Shown here in pieces: positions 55,080-64,000 of a DNA stretch of 64,000 nucleotides. The notes under the pieces were generated by a model. The model ran no database searches, was not told the origin of the DNA, and saw only the letters and a list, made by a program, of their open reading frames with translations. The first letter of the stretch is position 1; each line of letters starts with the position of its first letter. The stretch lies in assembly GCA_002633005.1 (NCBI GenBank), contig NMRA01000516.1:37346-101345 (forward strand). Direction: 5' to 3'. Origin of the DNA: Phoronis australis. Its lineage: Eukaryota > Animalia > Phoronida. Made by a program: the position numbers and the translations under genes.

Positions 55080-56155
55080 AGCCAGCAGTTGTCAATGTTA
55101 TATCACTGAGTGTGCTCAGTTGTAAATATTGTAACCCAGTGTGAACAGCCAGCCCAGTCGTAAATGTTCCAACCCAGTGTGAACAGTCAGCTAAGTTGTA
55201 AATGTTATAAACCCAGTGTGAGCAGTCAGCTCAGTTGTAAATGTTGTAACCCAGTGTGGTATTATTATAAAACCCCCACGACCCATGACCCCTCGACCCA
55301 GTCTACACAAGCTCGACTCAATCTGAATGTAGAACAAGCACTGGCTTGCAGGACCAGTGAGTTGGGCCGTGAATTCGGCTAACTTTTCCCTGTGTTTTAC
55401 AAATAAGAATCGATTTGGCAAGTTTGAAAGCCAAAAACATAAAAAACAACGCAACCAAGTCAAGAGACCTACCAATGTTACAAATGTCATTCCCGGCAGA
55501 GTGTAATCCTCTTGTCTGCTCTTCAGTGAATAGCAGATTCAACTTTCTGCAGAGTGCGAGGAACTGACAAAACTGTAATTTCATTAGTAAATACAGTTTT
55601 GAAAAAACAAACTGTTAACTAAAAAAAAGTATTTTAACATTTTTGGAGTATATTGTAAATGAGTATACAACAGAAAGCAAATAATAAAAATGTGAAATTA
55701 TGTACATTCACATTAACCTAGTACTCTCTCCCCAAGCTTAGTGCAATTGGTAGCTTCTCGTTGACTATTTCCGTGACAACGATAGTGCACTCACAAAGCA
55801 CTATTTCAGATTATGTTTTCACACCACTTTCTGTGTTTAATCACCAGACTTGAGCCAGAGCAGACTCACGTGTAGCTACGTCTTATGGGAAAGTCACTCA
55901 GCGATGTAATAAGATTATGAATATGTAAAAAGCAAAAAAATACCTCTATTGGCATAAGTCGTGGGTAGAGGGTCAAGGGGGTTGTGGGTCAAGAAGGTTG
56001 TGGGTCAAGGGGGTTGTGGGTGTCGAAGGGGCTTCAGAGCAATCCCCCAGTGTGAACAGTCACCTCAGTTGTGGATGTTAGTGTGAACAGTCAGCTCAGT
56101 AGTAAATATTATAACCCAGTGTGAACAGTCACCTCAGTTGTAAATGTTATAACCC
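55080..56155. repeat. 38-bp minisatellite (AACCCAGTGTGAACAGTCAGCTCAGTTGTAAATGTTAT) split by a TIR element
   Basis: Units at 55080-55257 and 56047-56155. Confidence 0.85.
55258..56047. mobile_element. Uninterrupted copy of the ~0.8-kb TIR family also at 36639-38537
   Basis: Colinear similarity to that copy; degenerate TIRs ATTATTATAAAACCCC / GGGGCTTCAGAGCAATCCCC; GACCCC-type subterminal repeats. Confidence 0.75.
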
Positions 56156-57044
56156 TTGGTGTTCACTAAACCAGAATTTGAGTTTGAACAGTTGCAACTC
56201 TTGGTGTGACAGGCAGCAAATGAATAAAGGTTATAGTTTAAGATATAGCCTAGTTTACTTGATGTGAACAGGACTATTTCCATTCTGTTGTCAGTCATAA
56301 CATGTGAATCACCAATGACAATGCCAGCATTACATCACTGACACACAGTTGCATCAACAGACTGGCCTGAGGGATGTTAGTGGGGTCTAAGATTAGCCAT
56401 TATTTTGTGACTAAGTGTTGACACAGTCCACAAGGCTTACATCAGGTGTCAACAATGACAAAAGCATCAGACTGAACCAATCCATAGTGTGTCTTGTAGT
56501 GACAGCTATTGAGCAGGTAGCAGAATATAAAATTAGTTGCCCAAGATTATAGAAGCAACAGAGCATGGCACTATTAACCCCTTTTACAACAGAGAGCAAT
56601 TTTTAGTAACAGAAATGTACTGGAGCCATCACAAAATTGCAGCTTTTCAACAATGTTCTGGACAGGTAAAGAGGAGAGAACAATGAGAATATGTGTATAC
56701 TGGATACACAGCTTTGATAATATCAGAAATGTCAGTTTTAACATACTTCTTACTCATACTTAAAAGCTAGTGATTATTATGGTACATAGGTTATGGTGCT
56801 GCTCTATTTTCAGATCACTCATCAAGGACCATAACCCTTGAAAGCAATCCTAATATGTATTGGGTGGTTCACTACAGCTACCAAATCATGACTGAACCTT
56901 TTACAAAGACCACAGTGGTGAGGCACAAAAAGTTTGAGCTTGAGCCTAGGCCACAGAAAACAGCATTTTTGAATTGGTCTGTTTGCTTGACAATTAATGT
57001 GGTAACTTCATGTTTTTAGTTGTCCATACGTTCAAAATGAAAAA

Positions 57045-57245
57045 TCGCCCGATTGCCAGCTGAAATAATTTAGAACCTTTCTTTCTGTTTAGGACCTTTC
57101 CTTCTGTTAACGTCACCCAATTGCCAGGTGAAAAAGTTCAGGACCCTTCTTTTAGTCAGCATCATCAGATTGCCAGGTGAAATAGTTCAGAACCCTTCTT
57201 TTTGTCAGCAATCAACCGATGCCAGCTCAAAAATCCCTTTTTTCT
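57045..57245. repeat. Degenerate ~50-bp tandem repeat (GATTGCCAGGTGAAA..CAGAACCCTTCTT), about 4 copies
   Basis: Visible periodic motif. Confidence 0.6.
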
Positions 57246-58415
57246 TTAAACAGTGAGGTAAAACCAGTAATGCTATTTTTGGTCAGGGTGTATTACAAAA
57301 GTTATTATCTCATGGAAATGATTGCATGACACAAAACATATTTTAAAGAACCATTAAGTTTTTACTGTAGCAGATGACAAACGTCCGATTTTGTTTAACG
57401 ACTAAGAGTATTCCTGTCTTTGCATTAGCATTCACAGAATTTGGTTGTAATTCCGAGAATAAATATTGATTTTACACAGCCCAAGTTCAAGTAAACATTA
57501 AATGAAATCAAACAAGTGACAAATAGGTAACTAGTAACCACAATCAATTGAATTACTGGTTTCCTTTCCAGGAAACACCAATCACAAATAATTGCACATA
57601 AAGTAAATCTTCACCAATAAAGCCATTTTCCCCCAACACGTTGCCCTTAGATGGCAATGCCATCTAAGGGCAACAGACCAAGTAGCTGTTTGGCAGCACT
57701 CTGGATGTTTGTAGGAGTTTATGCAGTGACATTTCTTGAAATTTATTATAAATTTTATTTGACCCTCATGTGGTTAAATTGTTAGTGTTAACAGGTGTGA
57801 CAATCAAGACACAAAAACACCCATCTCAAAATGCCAGTTCCATTTCGCCAAGTAAAAAGAATCTGCCAAATTTCTCAACATAACATATATTAAGAACATA
57901 GTACTTAATTATCAGCAATTAGTTAAGAACACACAATTGTCATAACAACACACATGGCTGTCAATAGACATCGTAAAATTTTCATTACTTGCATTTGACA
58001 AGAAGAATGACAATACCAACAATTTTGTTTTAGTGTAAAATAACTATAAAGTTAAAAAGATTGTTACTGGATAACTTTCCTTCACTGGTGTTTTTACATT
58101 CATTTTTTGAAATATGAATTAAATAGCATGAGACAGCAAAACAAAGCCATAAGCAATATTAATGATATCAATAATAACCTTTCCAGTTTAACCAGCATAG
58201 TTTCAGTATACATAAAATTGCTAAGTGATGAAAGGCCATCCGGCTCAAGAAATCTGCTCTAGAACAATAGTTTACTAAATGCACGAAAAGTGAACGACAT
58301 TCAAAGGAATAGATTTCAGAACATTTGGAAATAATTGTAATCAATTAACATGATATACAGTTATCTCACAGCAACCTCCCAACACTAAGTAAACACTCTT
58401 TATTTATTTGGTAAC

Positions 58416-60070
58416 ACAGCACAAAAACAATCCAGGATTAAAAACTTATGAAAAGAATTCAAAGATGTCAATTCCAAAAAAATTGCACAACAGCAAAACC
58501 TCATGTGCAGAAAAATACATTAAACCAATCTATAGTGTTCACAAGACATTGACCAACCCGTATGGGAGACGTAATCTTAATTCTCCGAGTATGTCCTACT
58601 ATCCCCAAACATTAAATTTGTAGGTCATACCATGTTCACTAAGGAAAATTTACCAGCCTGTCCTGTCACCCGCCAAAGCTGTACATACCTGATCACCATC
58701 ACCCTAACTACTTAAACAAACACAGGTGACTACGTACCTCCAGTCACATGATATGTTAATTATATGTTCTGGTTCTCTCATCTCCTTATCTGCAGATATA
58801 CAGTATCTCACTGTCACTTAAGGACACAGGCACCTGACATATGATGTAAAAATAATTAAAGCATTCCAACTGCTCATATCACTCAGTGTTCACGCAAAGC
58901 AAAAATGTAGGTGTGCTGCTGCGCATCGGTGCAGTGAAAACAAAAATATCATCTTAGGGTCCTCTGAACTTGCAGACGAATTGGAACAAGAGAGGCACAA
59001 AAATGGGAATAGTCACTTAAAGGACCACGCAATTTGAGAACCATTTGCTCCACTGATTAATGGATATCAAACTGGTTCTCAAAATCCTGGACCTCTATAA
59101 GTGACTATTGCCAAAAATTCATCATCCTAGTACAGAATACGAAGAAGTAAAAGAGGAATTTTAGTTACCTTTCCACATAAAAACACTTACCGGGGTATAA
59201 CTAGAAACGAAATTTGCGCCCCGTGTTAAAACACTACAATGAANCACAGCACAAAAACAATCCAGGTTTAAAAACTTATGAAAAGAATTCAAAGATGTCA
59301 ATTCCAAAAAAATTGCACAACAGCAAAACCTCATGTGCAGAAAAATACATTAAACCAATCTATAGTGTTCACAAGACATTGACCGACCCGTATGGGAGAC
59401 GTAATCTTAATTCTCCGAGTATGTCCTACTATCCCCAAACATTAAATTTGTAGGTCATACCATGTTCACTAAGGAAAATTTACCAGCCTGTCCTGTCACC
59501 CGCCAAAGCTGTACATACCTGATCACCATCGCCCTAACTACTTAAACAAACACAGGTGACTACCTCCAGTCACATGATATGTTAAATTATATGTTCTGGT
59601 TCTCTCATCTCCTTATCTGCAGATATACAGTATCTCACTGTCACTTAAGACACAGGCACCTGACATATGATGTAAAAATAATAAAAAGCATTCCAACTGC
59701 TCACATCACTCAGTGTTCACGCAAAGCAAAAATGTAGGTGTCCTGCTGCGCATGGGTGCAGTGAAAACAAAAATATCATCTTAGGCTCCTCTGAACTTGC
59801 AGACGAATTGGAACAAGAGAGGCACAAAAATGGGAATAGTCACTTAAAGGACCACGCAATTTGAGAACCATTTGCTCCACTGATTAATGGATATCAAACT
59901 GGTTCTCAAAATCCTGGACCTCTATAAGTGACTATTGCCAAAAATTCATCATCCTAGTACAGAATACGAAGAAGTAAAAGAGGAATTTTAGTTACCTTTC
60001 CACATAAAAACACTTACCAGGGTATAACTAGAAACGAAATTTGCGCCCCGTGTTAAAACACTACAATGAA
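58416..60070. repeat. ~830-bp direct duplication split by the single N at 59244 (probable haplotype overlap)
   Basis: 58416-59243 matches 59245-60070 with SNPs and small indels. Confidence 0.85.
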
Positions 60071-61244
60071 AACTCTTTGAACAGTAGTTGATAAGAAGTG
60101 CAGCGGTATAACATTAACAAGTCATTGAAAAATAGAACAACATTCAACAAATATTTTCGTCCAAATTGAAGGATTTCCCCATTGATAAGTGCTATTAGGA
60201 CAGAAGATGTCAAAAATAAAATTATAAAAACTATCAATGATAGCATGCTCTTGTTTGCTACAGCAAAGCATACAATACAGTTCTGTACCAAAATAAGGGT
60301 AAGAGAATCATGAGCTAGTGCCAGGGTAACTGTTCAAGAGCACAAAATGTGACATTTGGCACACTGGTGGCAATACAGATGGAAAATCTGGTCAAGCTCA
60401 CACAACCCCAAACAACATTCATGCATTAAACACAGAAAACAGAGTCATCATGCAAATCCTACTATCCCTAGCAATCTTCTTCCCTCACCTGAGCCATCTA
60501 AATTAAACCAGACAGCTGTTAAGAGAACAGTGTGTTCTGCAATACCACAAACCAGTCCTCTACCTCAGCTACTGTGCTCTTGATATGCAAATACTAAAAA
60601 CTATGAACTCCAAGAAACATTTGCTGAAACTACTGTAAAGTCAGGTCTGATCCATTGTGATACAGAAATCTGAATGTAGCCAAGTAGGAATCAATATCAT
60701 GCGGGTATTAAGTTTGCCATGTGAAATTTCTGTTGTTAAAATGTTTGCTTAAGGTTAGGGTTCTCACTATTTCACTAGTGTGTTCTTCACTATGAAACCA
60801 ATGGCTCCACACAGAAAAGCAGTGTTGCAATTATTTTTAAATTTGCAAAGCTGCACCTCAATCCCCCATCTTTTAAGTACACAACTGGAATTACGTTTTG
60901 ATAAATGACGTCCCACAAAAATAAACATTTAGAAAATTTTAGTCTGTTAAAAGTATCATGTAACACCTACTGGTAGATTAGATCATGTGCATCACTTGAC
61001 CACCATCAGGGAAATAAAAACAAATGAAACGATTTCTACAATTTCTATTCAAAACAACTGAAGAATTATGAATAAATCAAAATGTTAATTTGTTTGGATC
61101 CTTGCAACTGCCAATTAAATATGGGCGAGACTCACAAAATTCTCTTTGCAATCTACGATAATAAGTATATTTACAACTTTAAAGACAAAATCAATATTTT
61201 TCAATGAAATTGACCATGCCCAAGCAATGAGAGGTAGAAGAATG

Positions 61245-61710
61245 AAATGTTTTACTGACTGACCTACGCATCTCACAGGAATGATGGTAGACCATAAGGG
61301 AACAATGTTTTACTGGCAGACCTACCCAATCCACAGGAATGATGATAGACCATCAGGGAACAATGTTTTACTGGCAGACCTACCCATCTCACAGGAGTGA
61401 TGGTAGACTATAAGGGAAAAAAATGGGGTTACCAATATTCCAGGGCGTCCATAATTCCGACGCGTAACCCCNAAAATGCATAGACCAAGGTTTTTACATC
61501 TAAGTTTACAAAACAGCCTTCTGTAGTGAGCATTTTTAATAAAAAATTGGTGTAGACCAAGACTTTTACAATGCTATCAACCAAGTGTGAGCATAGGGAA
61601 AAATGTTTTACTGGCTGACCTACCCATCTCACAGGAGTGATGGTACAGCATGAAGGAAAAAACAATGTTTTACTGATTAACCAACCCACCTCAAATAAAT
61701 GATGATAGAA
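61245..61710. repeat. ~58-63-bp degenerate tandem repeat (AATGTTTTACTGGCAGACCTACCCATCTCACAGGAGTGATGGTAGACC..)
   Basis: About 5 copies, interrupted around the N at 61472. Confidence 0.75.
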
Positions 61711-62883
61711 CAAGACAATATTCCAAGTATGGTGTAACCCAAATCTTTTTGAGATGTTAAGTAACTGACAAGAATATATAATACATGTAATAATGGACAA
61801 GCAGCTGAGGGTGTCCCTGTGTAAAACTGACAGTATAATTCTTCACTTGTTTAGCAAACACTATGGCAGAAATGAGTAATAGCTTTCGTCTAATTTCTCA
61901 ATAAAAATAAAAATAAAAATAAACATAAAGAAATTTCTAGTTCAAGGCAAGATTAGTACAGTAAATCTAACAACAATTTTTAGGACAATTTTTTCTGATA
62001 GATACGTATTTCCTAGACTAACAATAATAATATCGGAAATACCTATAGTTCCAAAATGGCAGGCCATCCGAAAATTATGGTTTTAAGGGCAGCAAAGAAG
62101 CAAAGTTTGGGAAAATTTCAATTATTTTTGTAACAAAAATGGAGCAAGGCTTACACCAACCCAGTATGTGTCCAGCAGTGTCGCAGTCTGAGTCCACCTC
62201 AGGTTGATTGACCCTTCGGAGAGACATGGTCTCTTAAGCCTGTTTGAGTAAACCTTGGAGCTAAGCCAGTTGAAATCCATTGATTGCAAGTATTATGTGT
62301 CGCTTGGCATTCCTAGGTAATGACACTTACACACTTACACACTAATGTTGTCATAGGAGAGGACTGGTTCAAAACCTAGAGGTCCTCCCACGAGGGGTCA
62401 TCAGTCAGGTATCTGTCAAGTTGACTGCCCTCCTGAAATGTAATTATTTTTAAGTGGTCCTAACCTGAAGTTATATGTATCCTGAACACCTAAATAAATG
62501 AAATGACTACACAGCCAGAATTACACTCATCCCATAAAATTTCTAAGAATGAAAAACACGAACCCATAAAAGGCACTTCACTAACTGCCTCTGAGAAGTC
62601 ACGTATTATTACTGAACGTTTCCTGTATATACCGCACTATGTCTGTCATGGAGAGGCAGATTTCGGGGTGGGGGGAGGCATCCGGAAGCAACCAAAAACA
62701 TTTTGCTGCCATTTCCCTTGAAAACTATGGTTGGACACCCCTTACAACTTCCAATGTCAATTAGTGTGAAGAAGCTTTGGCTGGATTGTTCACAATGCAC
62801 TGAAGTTTCAGTGAGTACGAAGCTTCGCTTTTAATCCAACTATTATAAGCGAAGTTTCGCTTGCAGGTTAACTACCGGAGTTA

Positions 62884-64000
62884 CCGTATTCGCCGTAATA
62901 AGCGCCCAGGGCATTTAGAAAAGTTTGGTTCAGGGGGGGGGCGCTTATTATAACCCAAGGCGGTTGAAACCCGGTCTCCGAAACGGTGAAATCGGAAGCT
63001 AAGATTCATCAAATTTACGCTCTGTGACGTATCTGTAATCTATGAAAGACTTTCGACAAAACTGTGGTGCATTGCTATCAAACTTTGCTACTTAATTACG
63101 ATCATTTTACAGAAAATTGTGCTGAAATCCCAGGGCGAAAACTCGCCGACTGACTGCCTCGAAATCGCCGTCTTCGATATGACGACTTCAATGCTTGAAT
63201 AAAAATAGTTTCGACTCAAGCAAGTTACCTGAAATCTTCATTAGTTTTCTAACGTCTCTAACATTTTTTTAAGTTCCCGTGGAGTCTGGATTAACGGCAG
63301 GTTTAAGTACAAATCTGCAACATCGTGCCATCGACATGTATGATCGGCAACACGATGATAAAAATGTCTGGACGAACACACATGCTGTTGTCACGTGACG
63401 TTTGTTTTGAAGTTCGTCTGCATTTGTGAGTAAGCGAGCGCGTGCGTGTCACCAGAGTTCATTTGCCAAAGCAGAGACCGTCTTTTGGCCAGAGCCACGC
63501 AATCTAACGAGCTAGATGTGCATTGATTGTGTCTAAAGAAATTTGCACAAGCAGTAGACCTAAACCTAAACCAGAGCGTGTTTCATTCAGCACTTGCCGG
63601 TCTCATGTGCTAAAAACATTCAACATTTGTCTCGGTAAGGCTCATATTAGTCGCCGTGTAGCTGGATACGTACGTACATGTAACTATCTGACAGTTATTT
63701 TTCGGTGTAAGGGTGTGTAAGCATTCACTGTCAGTTGTCATTTTATTGGATATTCGGCTTAAGAATACCAATTAAGGTTAATCAAACAATCTATCTCCTA
63801 AATAACGCAAACATGTTTTATAGTATTAGAAATTGTCGGAAATTAGTGCCAATATTCATTTCTTACCGATGCTATGCTACACGTTTCAAGACTGGATAGT
63901 TCCCAAGTAATGTCTTTGATGACAGGTTCATATATGTAGCGCGCGCTTCCCGGCCACGTGCGTTTAACACCGAGTTATTTTTATTCGTGAGACAGTCGAT
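62884..64000. mobile_element. Left end of a pogo/Tc1-like element running off the window
   Basis: TA|CCGTATTCGCCGTAATAAGCGCCC..GGGCGCTTATTA terminus; CpG-richer interior; the right TIR is not in the window. Confidence 0.55.

Noticed and set aside
58408-59453. Twin 71/79-aa ORFs as a duplicated small gene
   Set aside because: No recognisable motif or splice structure. The duplication coincides with a single-N join and is probably allelic.
62150-62435. tRNA gene or tRNA-derived SINE (B-box-like GGTTCAAAACC at about 62366)
   Set aside because: No cloverleaf or convincing A box, and no second copy in the window.

Overview
Eukaryotic (invertebrate metazoan) genomic DNA from a draft assembly: AT-rich, GT-AG introns, one 977-nt N gap and five single-N joins, three of which separate near-identical duplicated segments. 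Two multi-exon genes face each other tail to tail. (1) On +, a ferroportin (SLC40A1) gene: 6 clear coding exons over 1738-14274, about 650 aa, first exon not securely located. It keeps the aspartates equivalent to human D39, D181, D325 and D504 but has lost H43, C326 and H507, and it has a much longer acidic central loop. (2) On -, a 16-17 exon AIP3/Bud6-domain coiled-coil gene of the SRCIN1(p140Cap)/KIAA1217(sickle tail)/CG32809 family over 19354-50831, about 1170 aa, with all exon phases consistent. Their 3' ends appear to meet or overlap near 17510-17535. Introns hold many minisatellites and non-autonomous DNA transposons: a Kolobok-like element with a THAP remnant, a pogo/Tc1-like element with a HIRAN-like pseudogene, Harbinger- and hAT-like MITEs, and three Helentron/HINE-like elements whose internal ~145-bp repeats each carry a CTCF-consensus-like motif. 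The most unusual items are an 8-copy tandem array of an exon 3' end plus its splice donor, the CTCF-motif arrays, and the remodelled ferroportin metal sites. I found no prokaryotic features, CRISPR arrays, rRNA or tRNA genes. I cannot show a wholly new biological system from sequence alone. Family assignments and human residue numbers are recalled from memory, not from database searches.
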